From assembly GCA_000934665.2 (NCBI GenBank), contig KZ538651.1, positions 1 through 55,936 of the forward strand: 55,936 bases of DNA. The letters run 5' to 3'. This DNA comes from Catajapyx aquilonaris. Its lineage: Eukaryota. Below are positions 39,701 through 47,622 of this stretch, one piece after another (position 1 is the stretch's first letter; each line of letters begins with the position of its first letter). The translations under genes were made by a program, and so were the position numbers. A model generated the notes under the pieces. The model worked only from the letters and a program-made list of their open reading frames with translations. It did not search any database and was not told where the DNA came from.

Positions 39701-42700
39701 CAATGCATACCCTGCGGCTTGATTGTGGTCGTACGATGCGATTCACTGGCCAATCGCAAATATTCGTATCTGATATAATCAACAATGCGAATTCATCCGT
39801 GTCATCACGGTTGGTCGATTCTTCCAATATTTTTCCGATACTATCAGATTTTGTGAACTTAAAATGATATCAAAATAGTCCCTATAGTGTACAAAAATAT
39901 TCTGATAAATTCTTGGCTAATTGGACAAGTTTTTGGAAATGAACGAGTGTAGCTGGCAGCAGGTCGATAGTATCCTCCACTTATATCCGGACTTTTTTTT
40001 TCCTATTCTTTGTACTCCTAACCCCCCCTGGAGAGACTGGCAAATCACTTCCACCACTGCGGGACAAAGATGAGTTCTCGCACAATGAGAAAGTTTCTGG
40101 GTTGCGTGAGATTTTATCCCTCCAAAAAATTCGGGAGAAAACTTGGCCGGAAATTGATTTTCGATTCAGACCTTTTCCTTTTCCGTGTCTGAAGCAGTTA
40201 TGTCTATATGCGGATTCTCACCAAGTTGAATATATACAACACGCTATGCACACTAGATGTCAGGACTGGAACTGGCGACATCTGTCGAATAAACATATGA
40301 GTCTCTCGGGGTTTTTACGAGTAACGAGTCCCACAGTTTTGTAGGTTATTTAACAATGCGTTATGAATCAGGTCATGTTTTACAACCGCGATTTCCAGCA
40401 ACTGGAGTGAATTAGCATACGAGCCTGTAAATTTTAATATCGATGATGCAGCAGATTTTTTACCAGCACAATTTCCATAGCCGATCAGCATACCGACTGT
40501 ACGGATTTCCACATGACAGTATGGTGCAGCTTTGACAAAATTTGGTTCCGTCACACTTCGCCCGAAACAAACTCGCCCAATGTACATAGTCACCTGACGA
40601 CAATTCGCACGACGAAAACTCGTCCGATGCACTCTCGCCCGATATACCAGTACATACTCGAGCAGTCCTTGCATTGGCTAGTCGGGCGAGTTTGTTTCGG
40701 GAGAATATATACGTCGGGCGACGATGTACGTCAGGCGACAATGTGCGTCGGGCGACAATGTACGTGGGGCGAATTTTCGTCGGGCGAGTTTATTTCGGGC
40801 GAATTGGTATGATACCACATTTTGTATCGTTACAGGTGGACGTGACCAACCGGACGTCTGAGGTGGACCTAAGCAACTACGTAGAGAACGGTGAATGGGA
40901 CTTGCTGGAAGCCCGTATCATCCGAAACGTGGTGTACTACAGTTGCTGTCCTGAGCCCTTTCCGGATGTGACCATCACCATCATCATACGTAGAAAGACA
41001 CTGTACTATATGTACAATGTGGTCCTTCCATGTATGATGATGTCCGTTTTGACCCTCCTGGTCTTCTGCCTGCCTCCAGACTCCGGGGAGAAGATCGCCT
41101 TGGGGATCACCGTCCTGCTGGCCTTCTCTGTATTCATGCTGGCCATCGCTGAGAAGATGCCCGAGACCTCAGAGTCTATACCACTTATCGGTACGGGTAC
41201 AAGGTGTAGTCCTATCGGGAGCCTGATATCCTCCCAAGGTGGCTTAAATCTTTCTAGGCACTATCGATAGGAGGGATAGGCAAACATTTGGGCCACTCTA
41301 ATCCTGGTGAGCCTCCACTCTCTATTCACCCAACACACCGCTAAAGCTCCTCCTAGAAAGTTTTAATATCCCCTTTCTCATTACAACCGAGAGGACCGCC
41401 AACTTGCTGCAATATTGACTCCCTTTTCCACCTCAAGTTATAGTTCTTTTGGGGAAGTTTAGAACAGATTCTACAGTGGGTACCTGTACGGTTCGTTAAA
41501 TGTAGGAGTTACATAATATGTGAGCCTTCACACCCTTAACCCTTCCAATTACTCCCTGGCATCATGTTTCCCCTTTACCCTCCTCTACATCCAGCCATGA
41601 CTCCATGACAGTCTTTATTCCAAATTTCCACTCCAGTCTACCCCAACGTGACCCCCGGAGCAAGGGACACCATAAATATGGGGGTGGACTTGTTGATCCT
41701 CATTGACTTGAACCACTTCTACATGCTGAATTAATTAGGACTAGCCTCGTGTGAGGCTGCCACACGACTGTTTACAAACGAAGTCTCGCCCCCAGGCTCT
41801 CCACGCCATCTAGTGGATTCGACTCTTTCTGACAATTGTCTCTTTTACAGGCATATACCTGACTGCAGTGATGGCCATCACGTCCATATCGGTGATCATG
41901 ACAGTGATCGTGCTCAACTTCCACTACCGAGGGCCCACCATGAAGGAAGTACCGTCGTGGCTTCGACGGTGCTTCCTGTCCGAGAGAGGGTGCTGCAGTT
42001 GCTGCGGGAGGGGAGGTCGCTTGATGGGAAGCGGTGCGAACGCGTCAAATGGTGCCCGGGGCAGGACCGGGGGCACGTCATTGAGGGAGGAGAGTATGTT
42101 AAGACGAGGCTTCCCTTACTCAGAGTGTGGAGTCAACAGCATCACAGTCTCCAAGAACGACAGCTTCAAGGTGCGGAAGTGCTGGAACAGGCTTTTCTTG
42201 AGTAACCAATTTGTAAGTTAGAGTGTTAGTTTGCCTCGCATGCATGACCTTTATTTAAATTTGCTTGCAAATGTGACGTCATGCTATCGCTTTTCTATGG
42301 CAAGCTTTGCACGTTTGTGGTATCAAAATTAATGTTTCACAATTTATAAATTGACAGAAATATTGTAAAACGGGCTTTCACGACTGACTTTCTCCTCTGG
42401 TGGCACATCATTGGCTGTCTCTTAATACAACCGAGTGATGTTTCCAGGTGGCCATGGACGCCATGCAGGAGGAGCTGAAGGAAGGTGCTCTGGGGCTGGA
42501 CTTGGGGTCAGCTGACGACGTGAGAAACGACGTGACGGGTTGTTTCCACCACCACCATCAGGGGGTGTCTGGAGTTGGTAGTGGAGGTGGAGGTGGAGGA
42601 GGAAGCAAGAGGAAGACATACCATTCCAACTCATGCCGGGGAGGTACGGTATACTGTCACAAAAGTTTTCGAAAAACATATAAGGTAACAAAAGTTTAAG

Positions 42701-43111
42701 TATAAGGTAAAAGTACAAGGTAAGGTAAAAGTATACGGTCACAAAAGTTTTCAAAAAACACATAAGGTAACCTTACCAGTGCTGATAATCAGGATACTGA
42801 TATCCGAATCATTTGTTGACATCTTGACTAATGTGAAACACGTTCCAGATTCTGGGGGTCCGTCGGGTACCTCCTCAGCAGGGTACCGTGTCCAGGAGGA
42901 GTTGCTGAAGACACTGAGGTACATGATCAATCGTCAGGAACATGAAGATGAGTTCAACAGGGCAGTGAATGAGTGGCGACAAATCGCTCAGATGGTGGAT
43001 CGGGTGCTCTTTTGGATCTTCTTCGTGGTCACCACTGTCTCTAGTCTGCTCTTCCTTGTCATACTCCCTCTCGAGAAGAGGAAGTGGTGGCCTGAGAAGA
43101 TCGAAGGATAA
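18583..43111 (+). CDS. Nicotinic acetylcholine receptor alpha subunit (Cys-loop cation channel, alpha7/alpha9/alpha10-like), 8 coding exons visible, 5' (signal peptide) exon not found
   Basis: Exons 18583-18743, 21606-21650, 28289-28398, 33263-33443, 40836-41190, 41851-42170, 42448-42643, 42849-43111 all have AG/GT boundaries with compatible phases (1631 nt + 1 nt from the missing exon = 544 codons including the stop). Motifs: DEKNQVLTTNVW, WLPDIVLYNNAD, Cys-loop CPVDVTYFPFDDQKC, SWTYDG, vicinal Cys YYSCCPEP, M1-M3 with PDSGEK, M4 AQMVDRVLFWIF. Confidence 0.96.
19553..19580 (+). mobile_element. Helitron 3' terminus
   Basis: Hairpin ACCCG-AGCAACGC-CGGGT followed by CTAG|T. Confidence 0.6.
19721..19978 (+). 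mobile_element. tRNA-derived SINE, family A
   Basis: Collinear with 2446-2827 (ACCGAA.CAGGTTGGTG, TTTTCTGTGGTTTCCCACG, GCTTCCGTAAATAGGCCACAGC); A-rich tail. Confidence 0.82.
21170..21507. mobile_element. MITE with an apparent 6-bp TSD (TTTTTC) hosting a nested Harbinger-type MITE
   Basis: About 55-bp TIR CGGG..TTTTCGCCCCCGGCATATTGGCCCCCGTGAC and its inverse at about 21455-21507. Confidence 0.78.
21239..21401. mobile_element. PIF/Harbinger (Tourist-like) palindromic MITE
   Basis: TIR AGGCCCATTC.CACAGGCCGTCGA; TTA TSD (21236-38, 21402-04). Confidence 0.85.
21606..21650 (+). CDS. nAChR 45-nt exon DEKNQVLTTNVWLDQ (loop D)
   Basis: TTTCAG| acceptor, CAG|GTACGT donor; 45-nt size and sequence match the conserved nAChR exon. 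Too short for the ORF track. Confidence 0.95.
22808..23165. repeat. Three tandem units of about 121 bp, each an internal hairpin
   Basis: Units start at 22808, 22930 and 23050: CAAATATGGCGGAAT..TGACCGTTAACGGTCA..ATTCCGCCATATTTG. Confidence 0.88.
24675..25221. mobile_element. TIR element with internal GGAGTACCAA tandem repeats and a nested palindrome
   Basis: About 30-bp TIR TTGGGTTGCATCATGCCAGGATGAA.CAAAG; a solitary TIR copy at about 30800-30830. Confidence 0.75.
24904..25116. mobile_element. Near-perfect 100-bp-arm palindrome (Tc1/mariner-type MITE, CAGTCGG ends)
   Basis: Arms 24904-25003 and 25017-25116 with 2 mismatches; 13-nt loop; inserted at the TA of GTGTACACC. Confidence 0.88.
27513..27778 (-). 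mobile_element. Helitron-like element, same family as 5899-6121
   Basis: Near-identical GGTACCTATTCGGCGCACC..GGATTTTAATATTATAGA|T; the left boundary is approximate. Confidence 0.75.
28289..28398 (+). CDS. nAChR 110-nt exon EWHDELLTWNP..WLPDIVLYN (loop A)
   Basis: TTGCAG| acceptor, AA|GTGAGT donor; conserved 110-nt exon size. Confidence 0.95.
33263..33443 (+). CDS. nAChR exon with Cys-loop and loop B (ADDYTRGYM..CPVDVTYFPFDDQKC..SWTYDGFQ)
   Basis: TTCCAG| acceptor, CAG|GTTAGT donor; C-x13-C Cys-loop signature. Not in the ORF track; translated by hand. Confidence 0.95.
35198..35365. mobile_element. hAT-type MITE, inverted copy of the 6145-6327 family
   Basis: Same TIR; 8-bp TSD GCTCTCAC (35190-97, 35366-73). 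Confidence 0.9.
36335..36608 (-). mobile_element. tRNA-derived SINE family C
   Basis: Minus strand TGGTCTATCGG (A box), GGTTCAAATGCC (B box), body TTGCACTCCC..GGGCCAGGAGAAAAGG, tail TATCACGGGGTAACAAAAAAAA. Confidence 0.8.
36690..37157 (+). repeat. Degenerate 10-bp tandem array (GAACA(T/C)GCC(T/C))
   Basis: Periodic GCCTGAACAC / GCCCGAACAT units with higher-order duplication. Confidence 0.85.
38047..39205 (+). repeat. Tandem repeat of about four units (CCTAACCGAACCTA..ACACAATAG..GGTTCAG) interrupted by G/C-run MITEs and two N gaps
   Basis: Recurrent CTAACCG(AA)CC at about 38120, 38460, 38673 and 39146; inserts CAGTGACGTAGCC..GGCTACGTC (38177-38355) and CAGGGGCGGATCC (38690). Confidence 0.65.
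40543..40817. mobile_element. MITE with CGGGCGA subterminal repeats next to a splice acceptor
   Basis: TTCGCCCGAAACAAACTCGCCC inverted to GGGCGAGTTTATTTCGGGCGAA; ends TGGT / ACCA. Confidence 0.7.
40836..41190 (+). CDS. nAChR exon: loop F, loop C (YYSCCPEPFPD), M1, M2, M2-M3 linker
   Basis: TTACAG| acceptor, G|GTACGG donor; lies within ORF 40674-41270; RRKTLYY..PC..LVFCLPPDSGEKIALGITVLL..MPETSESIPLI. Confidence 0.96.
41851..42170 (+). CDS. nAChR exon: M3 and first part of the cytoplasmic loop
   Basis: TTTTACAG| acceptor; IYLTAVMAITSISVIMTVIVLNFHYRGP..VPSWLRR; donor AAG|GTGCGG at 42171 (alternative in-frame donor at 42213). Confidence 0.9.
42448..42643 (+). CDS. nAChR cytoplasmic-loop exon (His/Gly-rich)
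   Basis: TTTCCAG| acceptor, GAG|GTACGG donor; its phases (0 in, 1 out) exactly bridge the flanking exons; open frame VAMDAMQEEL..HHHHQ..GGGGGGG.. Confidence 0.82.
42849..43111 (+). CDS. nAChR last coding exon: MA helix, M4, stop
   Basis: TTCCAG| acceptor phase 1; ..NEWRQIAQMVDRVLFWIFFVVTTVSSLLFLVILP..IEG-TAA. Confidence 0.94.
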
Positions 43112-44234
43112 ATTCCCCCCAGTTGTGCAAAATTAATTCTTTAATTTGGTGATGGACATTTTGTTGATTATATTTTGTTTTAAGACGTGCTTGGGGTGAC
43201 GAACTAGCTCAATATTTGCGAAAAGTCACTTTTTAAGCTAAATTAACCCACAATAGTTGCACTACCCATACATTAACAGCATGAACACTAAATTAGTATT
43301 TTTTGACGTAATTAAATATAATACTTGCAGTGAAGTTCTAGATATCAGGCCTTTGAAACACAGCGTCAGTTCTGCAATTTGTGAAGACAATGCAGGACAA
43401 GGCATGCAACGAAAACGATGCAGAAACCGACTTTGATCAGGGTCGATCAAAGTGGAAGCTGACAAGATGAGTGCCAAGCATACCAGCATACGACAAGAAT
43501 TTTTCCAGTGACTTTTACGAGACTATAGTGACGTCACATGTGACTTATACGAACTTATACGAGTTTCCTTTTGCTTTTTGGTATTGCAAAAGTCCAGTGG
43601 ATGTATGTGCGTATGTGTTTCTGTGTGAGAGTGTGAGTGAGTGTACGAAATGTAGCCAGTCATAGGCTAATATTCTCCAAAGCTTCGTGTTTTGCTCTAT
43701 TTCCAGGATTCATGTTATACAAGTAGGCTCTTAACTCTTATTGGCTGAGGTTGTTCCCATATAGTCATGTTTTCAGAGTTGTCCTATGCTTATTGCCAAT
43801 TCGGTGGTGTCAAAATCTGTTGTTGAGTCCAGCAGCTACCGCAGTTAATATTTTTATTGTTAGTATACCGTTGCTAAGAAGATAGAAGTAACTGTTTATT
43901 TTAATGGCGGTAACTGTGATCGCTGACAAAAGACACCAGTTTTGAGCACCACTCGTTGGTTACCTTGCTCTAGACACTTTTCTGTGTCTTTAACTGTATG
44001 TATGTTTCAGTGACGTTGAAAGAGTAGCCATTTTTCGAGTCCACGAGCAGTGAAACGGTATTCTTGAAATTGAAAGTCTCGTTGTGAAAACCAGTGTTCT
44101 TTTAACGTCACCATTACAATAGCTCTGTAATTTATCACAGATGAGGAGAAAATAATACTCGTTTCAATATAACTGAAGATGTTCATTTCACCTGATTTTC
44201 CTTGAATCATGATACAGTCCGAGGTCTTGATGTT

Positions 44235-44418
44235 GATGAGAATGACCCTTACAAAATTATGGTTGAACCTGTAATAATGTAGTCGCTGAGTATTGGGAGG
44301 AGCTTGTCGTTATGGCCAGGACATTGCTTTCATTTCCCACGATGCCCTGGCCGTTGTGGATGAATCATATTTCCTTCTAAATAAGGAATGGTTTATTCAG
44401 ATAACTGGATCTACGGAT
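44235..44418 (+). pseudogene. Highly degraded IR relic (S2 region)
   Basis: GAGAATGACCCTTACAAAATTATGGTTGA, TATGGCCAGGACATTGCTTTCAT and TTTATTCAGATAACTGGATCTAC match copy 1 at about 49680-49930 in order, with deletions. Confidence 0.72.
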
Positions 44419-44693
44419 AGACATTTATCCCATTCCACAGATGCCCATTTTTGATGCGCAAAAAACATTATTTCCAAATCAGAAAAATTCTGATTATCTC
44501 ATACATGCAGAATTATTAAAAATTAATATAAACCTTCAGTAAGTACATCACGTGTTAATGTATAGCTTGTAGACATTTATCCCATTCAACAGCTGCCCAT
44601 TTCATAGGTACAAAAAAAAGGCAGCTATCCAAACTCACAAACAAACTCACAAACAAACGGAAAATATAGAGATAGACTATAGCTCGCTGCCAT

Positions 44694-44860
44694 GGCATCG
44701 TCACATACACATGAACCTGTGAAACAAGAAATGTCCATGAATCATAGAGCAGAAATGCAGTGGAGCAAAATGTCACACCTCGCAGCATGTCACAATTCAG
44801 AGAAAGACCTAACCTTGCTTCGATCGCACTTCGATGTCGTAAATGAAACATAAATGTCAA
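44694..44860 (+). repeat. Distal conserved non-coding block of the IR duplication unit (copies at 51956-52117 and 53904-54075)
   Basis: GGCATCGTCACATACACATGAAC..CATAGAGCAGAAATGCAGTGGAGCAAAATGTCACACCTCGCAGC is seen three times. Confidence 0.85.
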
Positions 44861-45276
44861 AAGGAGCTAGTAGTTTCTGATATCAGACAGACGAGTTCTT
44901 GTGGTCCAGCATCCAAGGATTTTGTAATGTTCTGGATATATTTTACCATAGTCAATATTACGTACAGTCTACCAATAAATTATAGAAATAGTACGACGAC
45001 TATAATCGGCTTTGAATAAAAATTATACTGTAATTGCGTATTACCCATAATGGGACAACTCTATAATAGCCTTGCTTACATAATATGATGTACGTGAGGC
45101 GTGTGTGAAGGTTTGTTTCAAAACCAAGATAAAGTGGCCGGAACTTATTTCACTCGAAGGTAATTATGCCAAAATATACAATATTATTTGTCTATCACAA
45201 TATAGAATTATGCATACAATATCAACCGTTGTTTCAACTGATTAGACCAACTATGACAGATTATATCACGAGTATA

Positions 45277-46244
45277 CAGGGTGTCTATTGTAACTCTGCA
45301 AAGACTTTCAAGGGTGACGATAGATATAGTATTTATAGAGTAGTATTTATAGAGTAGTATTTATAGAGTAGTATTTAGTAGTATTTTTGACATAGGAACC
45401 CATGTCCGGAAACGCCATCTAGAGGGGGTTCATAGACAAGGAACGGGTGAGCTCAGACGCGTCACGCGAGAGGCGCTAGGGGAGCGGCCTGTTTTGTTGA
45501 TAGATGGCGCTCGGATAGTAACCAACGATGCAATGTGTCATAACCTGACAACAAGCAGAGCCATCTAGCAACTAAAGTATGCCTCCTAGGAGACGCGCGG
45601 ATAGTCAACAGCGGTTCTGTTGTTGCCAGGTTATGGCGTATCGCGTTGTTGTTTGCGTACAACGACGCGATACGCCATAACCTGGCACAGCCCATGGACA
45701 CTTCTATCCCAGCGCAATAGAAAAGGCCGATCCGTTATTCCTTCCCGCAGCGGCGCTAGTAAAACAATGGAATCTCGCTGTGCGTGTCGTTCATTCGCCA
45801 TAACAACTATAGCGACGATAGCGACCCTCCTCCCGATTACTAGGTTTATCAGCGACCCCCCTCCCGATTACTACCGATCACGGTCTTAGCTACCGATAGC
45901 GTATACCAAGATGGCCGCAATATGGAGATGTTCACGATCCAGGTCACATCATGGCCACCTCCAGTCAGCGCCACGGCGGGAATGAGTAACGGAACGCAAA
46001 ATGGCGGCGAGTTTCCCGACCTCTCCTTCTAAGACCGTGACCTGGCAACAACTGGGCGCCATCTATCAACAAAACAGTCCGCTCTCTTAGCGCCTCTCGC
46101 CTGACGCGTCTGAGCGCACCCGTTCCTTGTCTATGAACCCCCTCTAGATGACGTTTCCGGACACGGGTTCCTATGTCAAAAATACTTGTCTTGGTACCCT
46201 CTATTACCCCTGAAAGTCTTTGCAGAGTTACAATAGACACCCTA
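45277..46244. mobile_element. Tc1/mariner-type long-TIR non-autonomous element
   Basis: TIR CAGGGTGTCTATTGTAACTCTGCAAAGACTTTCA extending about 200 bp; TA TSD confirmed by empty paralogous sites (ATCAC.CG-TATA-GTGTC near 54290-54305 and 55788-55804). Confidence 0.92.
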
Positions 46245-46586
46245 TAGTGTCGATCCGAGGTCGATTCATTGGTCCATCTTATTTCACGGTGGCTCCTTTA
46301 CTTCTTGTAGTGCAAATAAGTGATGAGATTGCCACACAAATATAATTGAAGGCTTACACCATACGAGATATTGCGTGGTCGTACACTGAGACTGAAGGAG
46401 GACACACACTTGTAGGTTCTTTGGCAGTTACATTGTTCAGCATGGTTACTTGCAGAGCAGTGGGACATATTTCAACCTCTTAAAAGATATTATAGTCCAC
46501 GTTCTTCCTCATTTGGTACACAATGCTATGTGATTTGACTTTACGTATCATTACTTAAATGTGTCAGTAATTACATGCAGATAAAA
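46245..46586 (+). promoter_or_regulatory. Conserved upstream module of the IR copies (putative promoter/5'UTR), copy 1
   Basis: Collinear and highly similar to 54297-54643 and 55796-55936 (GAGGTCGATTCATTGGTCCA, GTGATGAGATTGCCACACAAATATAATTGAAGGCTTA). The function is inferred. Confidence 0.55.
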
Positions 46587-47331
46587 ATGTCGATCACTTT
46601 CACATGGGCCATATTATATGCATTGTTACTAGCAATGGTCTCAGGTCGCATACTGATTCACATGAAGGACAGTGAAGATGGGAGGGAACTGACGCAGTTC
46701 ATGTGGAACCTTTTGAAGGAGGATGAACTTGTGGAGTGTCCTCTGCTTGTGCATCATGATGTTGCAGGTGCTCTGCCTGGACCTCTCGAGACTCTGTTGG
46801 CAAACATTTCTCTTCTTGGACGACCTGTGCTTGTCTCCAAATCGAGCTCAGCCAGCAGCACTTGGACCTGTAAACCAGGGGAATCGAACTCACAAACTGG
46901 TTTAGAACTGGACCCAAAGGAGAAGATGGCCAAGTGTGCAGTGCATCTGGTCGTGGCATGTTCGTCCTATTACAAAGATATCGTGGGGGAGATCTTGGAT
47001 GAAGAAGAGAATATCCTGGTGGTGAAAAGTACGAGAGACAAATTTGTGTTGTGGACGAGTGATGACATGGACGTAAATATCCTTCTCGAGAAGCCATTGT
47101 CCAAAATCAAATACAAAGTGATGATCAATTCGATCCAAAACGATTCTCTGCTGGCACATTCAGTTTGCTATTTCTGCAGAGAAGGAAAGCCAACTGTGGA
47201 GTCGACCATATTAAGGTCCCATGAAATTTCCGATAGAGAAATATTTAAGGATACGGCCATAAACTTACATGGAAAATGTCTAAGAGCTTTGAACTATCTT
47301 GAGGCGAGTCACTTGGAGTGCAATGCCACAT

Positions 47332-47502
47332 TGTTGTGTCCTGTAATTATTGTAACCAGTTGCCAGACAACTGTGACTTGTTTGTCTTGTTGTAGGAACA
47401 GACCTTGAAGCTGGTCTGTTCTCGGGCTCCAGTCGTATTCTTGTAATACACCTGTTTTAGTTCATCCCCTGAGTCCTTCTTACCAGCCGCCCATACACAA
47501 CA
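47332..47502 (+). repeat. 5' LTR (171 bp)
   Basis: Direct repeat of 48837-49007 with 4 internal substitutions plus a different first base; contains hairpin GAACAGACC..GGTCTGTTC and AATACA. Confidence 0.95.
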
Positions 47503-47506
47503 TTTC

Positions 47507-47524
47507 TGGCGACGAGGATGGGAT
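47507..47524 (+). promoter_or_regulatory. Primer binding site complementary to the tRNA-Ser(GCT) 3' end
   Basis: TGGCGACGAGGATGGGAT lies 4 nt after the 5' LTR and is the reverse complement of ..AUCCCAUCCUCGUCGCCA; Ser-tRNA priming is typical of Mag-clade elements. Confidence 0.85.
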
Positions 47525-47622
47525 CCATGACGGGATCTGACGGCTACGTGTGAGTAAGAAGGTTCTAGTTTTCCACAACGTGGAAAGAATTTTCACCAAG
47601 AGGTTAGTGTTTGTTGGTAACC

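Noticed and set aside
40674..40835. N-terminal 54 aa of the 198-aa ORF as nAChR coding sequence
   Set aside because: Repetitive MITE sequence upstream of a clear acceptor; homology starts at VDVTN.
18583..43111. nAChR as a cephalopod-style chemotactile receptor co-clustered with IRs
   Set aside because: It keeps the vicinal cysteines, nearly all of the aromatic box and the conserved introns; adjacency to the IR array alone does not show a functional link.
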